This document shows, piece after piece, positions 1 to 10,173 of a stretch of DNA of 64,000 nucleotides (positions are counted from its first letter, which is position 1; the number at the start of each line of letters is the position of its first letter). The translations under genes were made by a program, and so were the position numbers. A model generated the notes under the pieces. The model was not told the origin of the DNA, did no database searches, and worked only from the letters and a program-made list of their open reading frames with translations. Source of the DNA: a virus. Location: positions 11,499-75,498 of IMG/VR virus record IMGVR_UViG_2579778703_000007, one strand, 5' to 3'.

Positions 1-26
1 TATCCAAAAAATAAAAGGCACGTTCA

Positions 27-3000
27 ATGAACACTGATTTAATCCGCAGTATTGAACAGGCGACAACAATCGATGAACTGGTCAGCCAGTTTAAAGCCTT
101 GCTCGCTGTCGATATTAGCGATAATCCAAAAGGCAACCAGCGCCTTAAGGCTAACCAACTAGCCAAAGACATTCTCACCAAGTACAACGGCGACTACTCC
201 AACGTTTCACCCGAAGATAAAGCAGCTCTGCGCGACTACACAGGCTTTGGCGGTATCGGTGGCTCTACCAACGAATACTACACGCCTAAATGGCTGGCTA
301 GCGCGACTTGGGATGCCGTTCGTTCCTATGGCTTTGATGGCGGTAGCGTACTTGAACCAAGTTCGGGCGTGGGTGTATTTAGCGAAACCAAACCTAAAGG
401 CACACTGACTACATCCGTAGAAATGGATCAGACCTCGGCGGCCATTAACCAGATTCTTCACCCCGAAGATCATGTAATTCAATCGGCATTCGAAGCCGTG
501 GCCAGCAATCCCGATATTGGCGATTTCGACCTAGTGATCGGCAACCCGCCTTATGGTGTTCGTGATGCGAGTGCGATGAAAGACAAAGCGTACAAAGACA
601 TTAAGTACGCCGATCAGTATTTCGTTTCTCGTTCTATCGATAAAGCGAAAGCTGGTGGCTTGATTGCCCTAGTGCTTCCAACTCGTATTTGTGATGCGAA
701 AAACCTTGAGAAGTGGCGTACACAACTCGCACTTAAAGCGGAGTTCTTGGGCGCGCACCGACTACCAACGGGCACGTTCGCTGATACGGGCGTAGTGACT
801 GACCTTGTTATCTGGCGCAAACACAGCGACCAAGCGAAAGCGCTGATTGATAGTGCCGACCGTGACACGCTGATTGAATCTAACGTGCTTTGGGATACTT
901 GGCTTAAAGGTAAGTGGTTCGAGCGCGAGGGTAAGAAATTCATCAACGGCGAACAGACTGTTGAGGGCGTAGGTAAGTTTGCGCGCAAAGTCGTGAAGCG
1001 TGGCAACCGTTCTAACGAGGACATTAAACAGTCCCTAATGCGCCGCTTTAACAGCCGTATCGACTGGATGTTGCTTGATGAATCGGTAAGCGAGCCAGTG
1101 AGCGCGAAATACTCCGAGGGCGACACAATGTTCCGCAATGGCCAGCAATACGAAATGATTGATGGCGAATGGGAAGTGTCTGAAAACAACGCGAAAACAG
1201 GCGTTATCAGCAAGGCGACCTATGGCGTAGATAACACCGATGAGATCGGTTCTATCACCTACTCTACTGAATCGATGCTTAAGCTATCGGCCAGCCAAGC
1301 GCTACAGATTTTCGAAGATTACGGCTACTTGTGTCATGACGACTTTAAAGCCCTAATGCGCGAGATTGCCAAGCTGCCAAAAGCGAGCCAAGAACACGCT
1401 TACAAAGGCATTCTACTTGGCATGAAAGTTCAAACACTTGCAACACTGGTTGCTGGTGGCCGAACCACATCCAATAGCGACTTGGCCAACATGGCAATGG
1501 GCGCGGAGGACTTCCAGACCGAACAATATCGCGTGAAGTTAAGCGGCGAAGTGTTAGAGCTGAACGCACTAATGGGCGGCTCTAAGGTATCGAAGAAAGC
1601 GCTAAGCAACTTAAGCGAGAAGTACGTCTCTGCATGGAATTACTACCACTCATCGATCGATTCTAAGGGCAAACTGTCTGACCTACTCAAAGGCGACCTT
1701 AAGCGTGAACTTACTGTTCAATACAGTTCGTCTCGCATTGGTGACGTGTTCCATCTATGCGACCGTGAACTAGGCATAACCACACTGACACTGAATGACG
1801 TTCGCACGTATTACACCGCCAGCGGTATCGATGCGATGAGCGATGAGCAGTTGCTTGATTACCTAGCGAACATGGATGAGGTAGCCGTAAACCCTGACGG
1901 CACGGTGACGGCATTCCACAAAGCGACGACTGGCCTAGTCGGTAAACGCATGGATCAGCTGACCACACAATTAGTATCGGCCACCAGCGATACTGTGAAA
2001 GCTAACATCATGCGCCAAATCCAAGCCATCGAATCTAAGCGAAACAAGATCTCGATTGCCGATGTGAAGATGAAGCTTACCGATAAGTGGATTCCTAAAA
2101 ACATCATGCTTGAGTTCCTGCATGACCGTGGCTACACGGAATTTATCTTGGGCGACTTTACCGAGGATAAGGACGGCTTTGAAGATTTCGTACAAAGCGA
2201 ATCTGGCCAATACCTCACTGGCTACCGTTGGCGTGATGGCGAATGGATTGATGGCCTAACTCGTAATGGCGTTAAAGGTAAAGCAGCGAACAGCGATGAG
2301 CGATTTGAGCGTCAAATTGAATCGTACATTAACTATGGTGCGGTTCGTGGCGGTAGTAAGAACGAAGATAAATCACTTATCCGTGAACAAATGCGCCGCC
2401 TCGATGATGAGTTTTCTACATGGATTGCATCATCTGACCATTCAGAATACTTGGAACAGGTTTACAACAACACGTTTAACGGTTGGATTAAACCGGAGTT
2501 CGATGACACTCCATTATCGCTAGATGGCGTATCTGGTGCGATTGAGTTCCTACCTTACCAAAACTCAACGATTCGCCGTCACAGTGCAGACGGTAACGGC
2601 ATTATTGCCTTTGGTACTGGCTTGGGTAAAACGCTCACTGGCCTTGGCCTAGTGCAGTACAACCTAGAAACCAAACGTGCAAACCGTGTGGCCATCGTTG
2701 TTCCTAAATCAGTGCTAGAAAACTGGTTCTATGAAGCCGATCTGTTCTTTGGTGAAAGCAATCTATCTGACAAGGTATTTATCGGCCTTGAGGTTCACAA
2801 AGACGATGACGGCAAAATCATTCGTGAACCGGTATTAGATGAAACGGGCGAACCTAAGCTAGACAAGAAAGGCGATCCTATCTTGCGCGCCAAACTGACC
2901 GTAGATACCAACGGCAAGCGCGTAGCAGAACAGCTCCACCAGCTTACACAGTCAACCGCTCGCATCGTGGTAATGACAAAAGACGTGTACAACCGCATTC

Positions 3001-6000
3001 CATTGAAGCCGGACACGATTACGGCCAACGTGCTTGAAATGCGCGATGCTGGTTTGATTGCTGGTACAAGCAAGCTAGTTAAGGAAGCGGAAAGCCACAC
3101 AGAGAAAGCGAAGAACGCGCGCTTTGAAGCGAAATACTCTGACGATGGCACGGCCAAAAACGAAGAACTACCGTACTTCGAGGACTTGCTATTCGACTCG
3201 GTTATGGTCGATGAGGCGCATGATTTCCGTAACTCGTACAAGGGCGGCTCATACCGAAACAACCTGGCATTCTTGCCTAGCCAAGCGCAAGCCGATCGCG
3301 CTATCGATATGCAGCTTAAGAACAACGTCATTAAAGCGCGCAATGACGGTCGAGGCGTTTACTTCCTAACAGCTACGCCAACCGTAAACAGCCCTGTTGA
3401 TATGTTCAATATGCTGTCCCACATCATTCCGGCAGACACGTTTGCCAAGATGGGTATCTTTGACAGCGACGACTTTATCCGCATGTTTGGTAAGACTGGC
3501 GAAGCGCTGGTTACTAAGATTTCGGGCGAAGTTGAACAGCGTGAAGCCCTACTCGGATTCCAAAACCTAGACGCACTTCGAAACATCGTTAACCGATACA
3601 TGACGATCGAGGATGCTAAATCCGTTGGTGCCAACGTTCACATTCCTGACCTGATTAGCCAACAAAGCGTTGTCCAAATGAATAGCGAACAGGAAGCGCT
3701 ATATGAGGAACTTCGCCAACGCGCTGACGCTATCAACAATCCAGACAAAGACGAAAACCAAGAGATTGTCGAGCAATACCCTAACGACACGGTTTTCGGC
3801 CTAATCCGTAAAATGGACAAGGTAAGTACAGACCTTGATTTGTACTATGAGCGTGTTACCTACCGATTCGCCAAGGACAACAAGAAAGAGGTTGAGGCGG
3901 CAGTAGCCAAGCTACCAAATACCGTCACAGTCACTTTTGAGGATGTAGCACCAGACGGCACGGTTAAGCTAAGCAAAATCCAAGTTAAGGTTGATAAGAG
4001 CGTTAAGGTCGAGGGCGATCACTGCGTGGTTCAGCTCCACCAGCAACTTGATGACAAGTTCACAAGCATTTGTGACAAGGCCAAGTTGAAATTTACGCAC
4101 CCTGTCTCTCCTAAGTACGCCAAGTTCCTTGAGAACGCGCGCGAGATTTATCTAGCTGGCGGTAAGCAGCTTGTCTTTACCGAAGAAAAAACACAGCACA
4201 AAAAACTGGCTCGCATCATTGCGGATTTCGTTGGTTGTAAGCTGTCTGAAATCGGTATTTTGAACAGCGATACCGTTGCGGGTAAGAAAGGCTCTAAGGC
4301 CACTGAGGACGATGAAGAAGCGGGTTTGGAAGCAATCGCCAATGCTTACAACACCACGAAATACAAATTCATGATCCTCAATAAAAAAGGCGAAGTCGGT
4401 ATCAACTTGCATCATGGCACAACCGATATTCACCACTTAACGCTACCGTGGACTCCAATGAGTATCACACAGCGTAATGGCCGTGGCGCGCGCGTTGGCT
4501 CTAAACAAGATAGCGTGAACGTTCACTACTACACGTCAAAAGGCTCATTCGATGACTTCCGCTTGTCCACAATCCAACGTAAAGCCACTTGGATTGAGAC
4601 AATGTTCAAAGGCAATGACAAGTACATTGCGAACGCCGATGCAGACGCAGCCGACGAAACAGCAATCATGCTGGCAGCGAATCCAGAAGAAGCGAAAGCC
4701 CGTATCGAAGCGGCCAAACGTGAAGCGGAGCGCAAGCGCAAATTAGAGGAACGCCGACTAGCAAGTATCAACGTTAGCAAGTACATCAAAGCTACCCAAA
4801 TGCTTGCTTTGGATGTGACCGAAGTTGAGAGCGAGCTGGCCGAACTACGCGAGAAGTTAGAACCGCTACGCAATGAAGTGGAAGAAGATCGCCTACGCGC
4901 AGAGGGCGAGAAGCGAGGCAGTTGGCAGCACCAAAACTACCAACGCACTAAAGGCAGATTGTTTGCCCTAGAAAGCAAAATCAAAACCTTTGAGGCAGCG
5001 ATCAAAAACCGCGACAAAGCGAGCGATACCATCAAGAAATTGAAACCAGCAATGGAGCTGGCCATCAATGACGGTGTGTTAAAGGATTACCCTGACTTCC
5101 TAACTCATCCAGAGTTATACATTGTTCGCAACGGTGTGATTGTTCGTAATGGCTACACCTACAAAGCCGAAGTTAAGAGCCGTTCTTGGAGCGCCGAGTA
5201 CGACTCAAAAGCAACAATCATGATCACCAACTTCGACCGTAAATCTGGCACGGTGGACGGCTTTATTACTGAAATGGACGGCGAACCAGCGTCACGCAAC
5301 TATGTCGATCTACCTGTTGAGCGCATCATTGAAATTGCGCCAGTGAATCAAGATAGAGCAGCACTAGAAGCAAAAGCGCTCCAAGGTGTACCACTAAGTG
5401 AAGTCGCTCATACGTTTGACCGTGAGACGTTCTTTGAACTGGTCGCAGAGAAGAAAATGAAAGCCTACGGTAACAGTCGCCGTTGTTTGGTGCGTAATGC
5501 TGACGGTTCATTCTCTACGCCGTGGGGATTGGATGTTGAACCAGACCAAACGCTGATTTATCCAGATGCTAGCGATAAAGCGATCGTGAAAGCCCTACTC
5601 GACCAAGTAACCAAGCAATTGGAAGATAAAGGTCGCGTGATGTTGGAACACGACATTCTAAGTTTCTTTATCGGTAGCGATTGGGACAAACAAGCGATGG
5701 AAAACGGCAACCAAGTGACCGAACAGGAAGTCGTTGAACTGGTGACACTTGAGATCAAAGCATTCGAGGAAAAATACCCTGAGCTTTATCAAGAGGCACT
5801 ACTGAAAGCGGAGACAACTTACAAAACGTCTATCACTTTCCTTAAAGACCTAGATAACCATCTAAGCAATTTGAAATGGACAGGTTACACCAACGCACAC
5901 GAAGCGCGCCGCCTATCGGCTCGTGAGTTCACTCGTTACACCGATATTCTGACCGAACGCTCTAGCGAATACCGCACAGAGCTGGAAGATAAGCTATTCG

Positions 6001-6746
6001 CTGACTTCACTAAGCTGGTGGCCAACGACCCTAACCGTACGAAACGTCTATCACAGATCGCGTACTGGATGACGCAATACAAACCAACGACCGATACTCA
6101 CCTACTGAAAAAGATCGATGCGATTTACGGCGAAAACTCACAAGAAACCATGCTTAAGGTATGTGCCGACCTACACGCTATTGGCGAACGTGAGTTCCTA
6201 TCCGGTGATGGCCTAATCTTCTCGGATGACTGGTCATTGAATCGCATGAAAGGTGCGTATGGTTCGCTATTCACTTACCGCAGTACACAGCGCGAAGAAT
6301 TTATCGAGAAGTACCTAAATGCGGATAAGCCGGAAAAGGCCGAGGTTCAAGTGACCGAAACGCAGAAAGTGAAAATCGATAATATCTCTGCCATTAACGT
6401 AGAGAGCATCGAGAAGTTTAGCGAACTAATGTCACGCATTGGCATCGACGTTAAAATGGTGACTTCACCAATTAGCTGGAAGCCTAAGCGCGGTCGCAAC
6501 CGAAAAGAGATTGTTGTAGAGCCATACGAACGCATTGGTTTGATGGACAACAACGGCCTTAAAGGTTCGCTGAAAGTGATGTTCGCTGGTGACAAGGAAG
6601 CCAAGGCCGAGTACGGCGCTGACTTCGCTTCGAACGCAAGCAGTGAGTTTAATGGTGGCTGGTGGTTTATCTCTGCGAAAGCGGATTTGGAACTGCTGGC
6701 GAAATCGCTATTAACCATTCACAACACGTTGGCCGAAGCTGCCTAA
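27..6746 (+). CDS. darB: DarB-like virion-injected antirestriction protein (N6-adenine methyltransferase + SNF2-type helicase)
   Basis: 2239 aa; VLEPSSGVG (SAM motif I), IGNPPY (N6-MTase motif IV), GTGLGKT Walker A, VDEAH Walker B, TATP, QRNGRGAR; followed by an ulx homologue as in P1. Confidence 0.92.
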   Translation: MNTDLIRSIEQATTIDELVSQFKALLAVDISDNPKGNQRLKANQLAKDILTKYNGDYSNVSPEDKAALRDYTGFGGIGGSTNEYYTPKWLASATWDAVRSYGFDGGSVLEPSSGVGVFSETKPKGTLTTSVEMDQTSAAINQILHPEDHVIQSAFEAVASNPDIGDFDLVIGNPPYGVRDASAMKDKAYKDIKYADQYFVSRSIDKAKAGGLIALVLPTRICDAKNLEKWRTQLALKAEFLGAHRLPTGTFADTGVVTDLVIWRKHSDQAKALIDSADRDTLIESNVLWDTWLKGKWFEREGKKFINGEQTVEGVGKFARKVVKRGNRSNEDIKQSLMRRFNSRIDWMLLDESVSEPVSAKYSEGDTMFRNGQQYEMIDGEWEVSENNAKTGVISKATYGVDNTDEIGSITYSTESMLKLSASQALQIFEDYGYLCHDDFKALMREIAKLPKASQEHAYKGILLGMKVQTLATLVAGGRTTSNSDLANMAMGAEDFQTEQYRVKLSGEVLELNALMGGSKVSKKALSNLSEKYVSAWNYYHSSIDSKGKLSDLLKGDLKRELTVQYSSSRIGDVFHLCDRELGITTLTLNDVRTYYTASGIDAMSDEQLLDYLANMDEVAVNPDGTVTAFHKATTGLVGKRMDQLTTQLVSATSDTVKANIMRQIQAIESKRNKISIADVKMKLTDKWIPKNIMLEFLHDRGYTEFILGDFTEDKDGFEDFVQSESGQYLTGYRWRDGEWIDGLTRNGVKGKAANSDERFERQIESYINYGAVRGGSKNEDKSLIREQMRRLDDEFSTWIASSDHSEYLEQVYNNTFNGWIKPEFDDTPLSLDGVSGAIEFLPYQNSTIRRHSADGNGIIAFGTGLGKTLTGLGLVQYNLETKRANRVAIVVPKSVLENWFYEADLFFGESNLSDKVFIGLEVHKDDDGKIIREPVLDETGEPKLDKKGDPILRAKLTVDTNGKRVAEQLHQLTQSTARIVVMTKDVYNRIPLKPDTITANVLEMRDAGLIAGTSKLVKEAESHTEKAKNARFEAKYSDDGTAKNEELPYFEDLLFDSVMVDEAHDFRNSYKGGSYRNNLAFLPSQAQADRAIDMQLKNNVIKARNDGRGVYFLTATPTVNSPVDMFNMLSHIIPADTFAKMGIFDSDDFIRMFGKTGEALVTKISGEVEQREALLGFQNLDALRNIVNRYMTIEDAKSVGANVHIPDLISQQSVVQMNSEQEALYEELRQRADAINNPDKDENQEIVEQYPNDTVFGLIRKMDKVSTDLDLYYERVTYRFAKDNKKEVEAAVAKLPNTVTVTFEDVAPDGTVKLSKIQVKVDKSVKVEGDHCVVQLHQQLDDKFTSICDKAKLKFTHPVSPKYAKFLENAREIYLAGGKQLVFTEEKTQHKKLARIIADFVGCKLSEIGILNSDTVAGKKGSKATEDDEEAGLEAIANAYNTTKYKFMILNKKGEVGINLHHGTTDIHHLTLPWTPMSITQRNGRGARVGSKQDSVNVHYYTSKGSFDDFRLSTIQRKATWIETMFKGNDKYIANADADAADETAIMLAANPEEAKARIEAAKREAERKRKLEERRLASINVSKYIKATQMLALDVTEVESELAELREKLEPLRNEVEEDRLRAEGEKRGSWQHQNYQRTKGRLFALESKIKTFEAAIKNRDKASDTIKKLKPAMELAINDGVLKDYPDFLTHPELYIVRNGVIVRNGYTYKAEVKSRSWSAEYDSKATIMITNFDRKSGTVDGFITEMDGEPASRNYVDLPVERIIEIAPVNQDRAALEAKALQGVPLSEVAHTFDRETFFELVAEKKMKAYGNSRRCLVRNADGSFSTPWGLDVEPDQTLIYPDASDKAIVKALLDQVTKQLEDKGRVMLEHDILSFFIGSDWDKQAMENGNQVTEQEVVELVTLEIKAFEEKYPELYQEALLKAETTYKTSITFLKDLDNHLSNLKWTGYTNAHEARRLSAREFTRYTDILTERSSEYRTELEDKLFADFTKLVANDPNRTKRLSQIAYWMTQYKPTTDTHLLKKIDAIYGENSQETMLKVCADLHAIGEREFLSGDGLIFSDDWSLNRMKGAYGSLFTYRSTQREEFIEKYLNADKPEKAEVQVTETQKVKIDNISAINVESIEKFSELMSRIGIDVKMVTSPISWKPKRGRNRKEIVVEPYERIGLMDNNGLKGSLKVMFAGDKEAKAEYGADFASNASSEFNGGWWFISAKADLELLAKSLLTIHNTLAEAA

Positions 6747-6752
6747 CTTAAA

Positions 6753-6789
6753 TTTTCGCATGCGAAAAAGTTCTCGCATGCGAAAACTT
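6753..6789. repeat. Two abutting palindromic sites TT(T/C)TCGCATGCGAAAA (putative parS)
   Basis: TTTTCGCATGCGAAAA then AGTTCTCGCATGCGAAAACTT immediately after the darB stop. Confidence 0.75.
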
Positions 6790-6802
6790 TTTGGAGATAA
6801 CA

Positions 6803-7228
6803 ATGATTACCCAAGTGAAATTGCCTACCGTTGAAGATCTACAGCCCCTACTCGATGAGGCTTTAGAAACAGCGCAAAGCAAAGAGGCATTTATCCAAAC
6901 TCAAGTAGATGGCATTTACAAAACACTTCAAGCCAATCCGCTCATGTACCGTCACTATGGCGCTTATTGGTGGGCGGTTAAATCGCTAATGGCCAAGCAT
7001 GGTTATGACCTTGGCAGCGATTCAGAAGTGATCACAGAGCAACACTTCAATTTCGAAGACCCTGCGATTTTGTTGTGTGCTGCGTGGGCGTACCAGCAAG
7101 AGCAAATTGATAAAGGCTACTGGCAAGCAAACCTACATACCTACTACGCCGATGATGAAGAATTTGAATATTCTATCGAAGACGTAAATCTCGAAGCGTG
7201 GAGTGTTAACAGCAAATCGATGCGTTAA
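6803..7228 (+). CDS. ulx: Ulx-like protein (aids DarB incorporation into virions in P1)
   Basis: NPLMYRHYGAYW resembles P1 Ulx NPRLYRSYGPYW; acidic C-terminus; directly after darB; GGAG RBS before ATG 6803. Confidence 0.8.
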   Translation: MITQVKLPTVEDLQPLLDEALETAQSKEAFIQTQVDGIYKTLQANPLMYRHYGAYWWAVKSLMAKHGYDLGSDSEVITEQHFNFEDPAILLCAAWAYQQEQIDKGYWQANLHTYYADDEEFEYSIEDVNLEAWSVNSKSMR

Positions 7229-7690
7229 GTTTTCGCATGCGAAAACTTTTTCTCATATGCCCGTCATTTTTGGCGGGTATTTTTTGCATGGAATTTGGTA
7301 GAGAGTTCTCGCATGCGAAAACTATACGGAATGGGATGTTTTAAAGTTCTCGCATGCGAAAACTTTTGAGAATGAACCCCGCCACCGGAAATGGCGGGGA
7401 TTGCACGTTGAATCGATAAGCGTTAATGCCCCACTACTACCCCTAATAGTTTTGTTGCTGCCTATCTGGTGCGTAATTTATATGAAATATATTTCATATT
7501 CAACAAGTTTTTTGAGTCTTTTTGATTAAAAACAATCAGTTATGCAACCATGTACACTTGCCATTTACGCGCTGGCAATTCTGTCACTTTGCTGGATTGA
7601 GTAAGTAATAATTCTGTCAAAAAGTTTTCGCATGCGAAAACTCTCTGAATCGGCCTCACATTTTTTTCAAAGTTCGCGCATGCGAAAACT
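7227..7690. repeat. Cluster of five palindromic AGTT(T/C)TCGCATGCGAAAACT sites upstream of parAB (putative centromere)
   Basis: Copies at about 7227, 7304, 7344, 7622 and 7670 (the last is a TTCGCG variant). Confidence 0.75.
7259..7285 (+). terminator. Intrinsic terminator after darB-ulx
   Basis: GCCCGTCA-TTTT-TGGCGGGT stem followed by a T-run. Confidence 0.6.
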
Positions 7691-7792
7691 TGTGCAATCG
7701 GTTCTGTTTGCTCACTTTTTCTCTTGTGCTGTTGCTTCTGGCAACGTATAGTATGAGCCCGTTGCCAGTGACAACAATTAAGAGGCGTTGAT

Positions 7793-8035
7793 ATGGCATC
7801 TAAGGAACGATGCGAAAGACTAATTCAATTAGTCGAAAAAGCAGGAAGTACCAGAAAAGCCAAGCTGCTTATTGATGGCGTTAAGGGAGTGAGCCCCTGT
7901 CATACTGCCATCTACAAAGCAATGAACGGCGGCGGTACGACCGATTATGTGGTTCAGTGCTATATCGATGATCTTGAAACAGCACTGAGCAATTCAAAAC
8001 AGCAAACAAATTCCACCAGCAAAGGAAATCATTAA
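7793..8035 (+). CDS. Small hypothetical protein, possibly DNA-binding, translationally coupled to parA
   Basis: 80 aa; GAGG RBS; TAATG overlap with parA. Confidence 0.6.
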   Translation: MASKERCERLIQLVEKAGSTRKAKLLIDGVKGVSPCHTAIYKAMNGGGTTDYVVQCYIDDLETALSNSKQQTNSTSKGNH

Positions 8036-8808
8036 TGAGCACTATCATGGCGATTGCCAACCAAAAAGGCGGCGTAGGTAAGACAACTTGTACTTACAAC
8101 TTTGGTATTCACATCGCTAGCCAAGGCAAGAAATGCCTATTCCTGGACTTTGACCCACAAAACAACTTGGGCGGCTCTATTGCACCGGAAATGGTCGAGA
8201 ATCCAGAGTACACATCTGCGAGCTGCCTACACAACGCTTACAACCTTTTCGAAAATCCAGTAAAGGCTAAGCCTTTCGAAGTAAGCGAAAATGTACACGT
8301 TATTGGCGGCGATAAGCGCATGGGTAACATTACCCAAGACCAAATCCTAAACGTGGCTGAGTCTATCGACCTTATCAAAGACGATTACGACTACATCCTT
8401 ATCGACTGTCCACCAGCGGCGAACTCACTACAGCATGCGGCTCTACTTGTAGCTAGCAAGCTGCTTATCATTAGCCAAGCACAAAAAATGTCGATTAAGG
8501 GCGTTAATGAGCTGGTTAAGACTTCGCGCCAAATCCGTCGAATGAACCCTGAATTGGAAGTGTTAGGCATTGTCCTAAACCTTATCGAAGCCAATATCAC
8601 AAACGACCAACGCGAACAGGAAGCAGAACTTCGTAAAGAGTACGGCAACCTAGTTTTTGAAAACAAACTGATTAAAACAACGCGCGTAAGTGAAGCTCTA
8701 AACCAAGGCAAAGCACTGATTGAAACCAACCCTAAAGCGGCTGATAAATTCGGCTTTACAGCGGTTTGTGATGAACTTTGCATGCGCATGGCAGAGGTGA
8801 CAGCATGA
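8035..8808 (+). CDS. parA: ParA/Soj partition ATPase
   Basis: NQKGGVGKTT deviant Walker A, DFDPQ, YILIDCPP. Confidence 0.95.
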   Translation: MSTIMAIANQKGGVGKTTCTYNFGIHIASQGKKCLFLDFDPQNNLGGSIAPEMVENPEYTSASCLHNAYNLFENPVKAKPFEVSENVHVIGGDKRMGNITQDQILNVAESIDLIKDDYDYILIDCPPAANSLQHAALLVASKLLIISQAQKMSIKGVNELVKTSRQIRRMNPELEVLGIVLNLIEANITNDQREQEAELRKEYGNLVFENKLIKTTRVSEALNQGKALIETNPKAADKFGFTAVCDELCMRMAEVTA

Positions 8809-9722
8809 CCAAAAGCTTAAGAGATCGAATCAAGCTTAGCGACCTAGATAATCTCTTGGATGAATCAGCGGTAGAAATCCGCGATGCAGCGAAAGTGTTG
8901 GCCATCCCTAAAGACTCTTTGTATTCAGTCGAGCAAGTACGTGAAGAATTTAACGATGAGTCACTACTTGAATTGTGCGAAAGCCTAGAAGAAAACGGCC
9001 AAATTCAACCTGTCGTTGTTTACCCGTTCGATGGCAAGGGATACAAAATCCAAGAGGGTGAACGCCGTTGGCGCGCCACCATGTTGAGCGACAAGCTAAC
9101 TCACGTTGAATGTATTGTCCGTGAAAAGGGCGATATTTTTGGCCAGCTCATTGAAAACATCCAACGTGAAGATTTAACGCCAATCGAATTAGGTAAGGCG
9201 TTTGACCAAGCTAAGAAAAAGCACAATCTGGATAACCGTGGCTTGGCTAAGCGCCTTGGCAAATCAGACGGCTACATTTCGAAATACCTAAATGTACTTA
9301 AAGCCCCTGACTTTGTTTTGGAAGCATTCCAAAAAGGGATTATTGGTGATGTGGAGTCCATCAACGAACTACGCAAAGCAACCATCGATAACTCTGAGCG
9401 CGTTCGTGAAGCACTGGAAAGCGGTGAGAAGCTAACACGCCAAGATTGTGTAAAACTGCGTACTGGCGAGCTAGATAGTAAGGCGGAAGTTACCCCTCAA
9501 CCTAGCGAACCCGAGAAAGCAGAAAAGACCCAAACGACACCAGTAAGCAAAAAGCCTACGGCGAACCAAAAGCCTACCAGCATTTGTGTCATGGTTAATG
9601 ATCGTCACGGTTTGGTGTTCGCATCCGGCAAACATAGCGACAAGCTAACGGTACTGTTTGATGATGGCGAACTTGAGCAAGTGCCAGTTGGTGAAGCTCA
9701 ATTAGTAGGTTATCGAGTGTAA
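8805..9722 (+). CDS. parB: ParB CTPase partition protein
   Basis: QVREEF, GERRWRA, ENIQREDL and HTH; ATGA overlap with parA. Confidence 0.95.
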   Translation: MTKSLRDRIKLSDLDNLLDESAVEIRDAAKVLAIPKDSLYSVEQVREEFNDESLLELCESLEENGQIQPVVVYPFDGKGYKIQEGERRWRATMLSDKLTHVECIVREKGDIFGQLIENIQREDLTPIELGKAFDQAKKKHNLDNRGLAKRLGKSDGYISKYLNVLKAPDFVLEAFQKGIIGDVESINELRKATIDNSERVREALESGEKLTRQDCVKLRTGELDSKAEVTPQPSEPEKAEKTQTTPVSKKPTANQKPTSICVMVNDRHGLVFASGKHSDKLTVLFDDGELEQVPVGEAQLVGYRV

Positions 9723-9743
9723 AGTTCTCGCATGCGAAAACTT
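9722..9743. repeat. Palindromic parS-like site
   Basis: AAGTTCTCGCATGCGAAAACTT overlapping the parB stop. Confidence 0.75.
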
Positions 9744-9744
9744 T

Positions 9745-10077
9745 TTAAAGCGGGTGGCTGATAGGCTGCCCGTTTTTCGTTAGGACGTAATACCCGCCGT
9801 CACGGTACACACCAACCAAATAATGATCGGTTGGTAGGTGAAACCAATCAAATATCCCCAACTCGTCGTGAGTAAAGGCAACGATATTCACCAGCTTCAC
9901 TTTCTGGACGTGAAGCAGATAGACGTTATCCAGCGACCCCTTATAAGGTCTATAGATATACTCGCCGTTTTTCCTTAAGGCGGGGATCTCGTTCTTGGTT
10001 ATCGCTTTGCCATTGATAACACCGTCTTTGTTTATATCTGCGTTCCCGTAATGATAGCGATGCCGGATAGTTAACAT
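9745..10077 (-). CDS. Hypothetical protein
   Basis: 110-aa ORF with GGAG/GGGG RBS; no recognised motif. Confidence 0.6.
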   Translation of the reverse strand: MLTIRHRYHYGNADINKDGVINGKAITKNEIPALRKNGEYIYRPYKGSLDNVYLLHVQKVKLVNIVAFTHDELGIFDWFHLPTDHYLVGVYRDGGYYVLTKNGQPISHPL

Positions 10078-10095
10078 CCCCTACTCCCTTAAATG

Positions 10096-10133
10096 CAAAA
10101 ACGCCAGATTTGACGTTTAAATCTGGCGTTTTT
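10096..10133. terminator. Bidirectional-type intrinsic terminator after ddrB
   Basis: AAAAACGCCAGATTT-loop-AAATCTGGCGTTTTT. Confidence 0.75.
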
Positions 10134-10173
10134 GTTGCGTCTTCTAGGTTGTCACAGGCTTGGAAGCCTAAAC

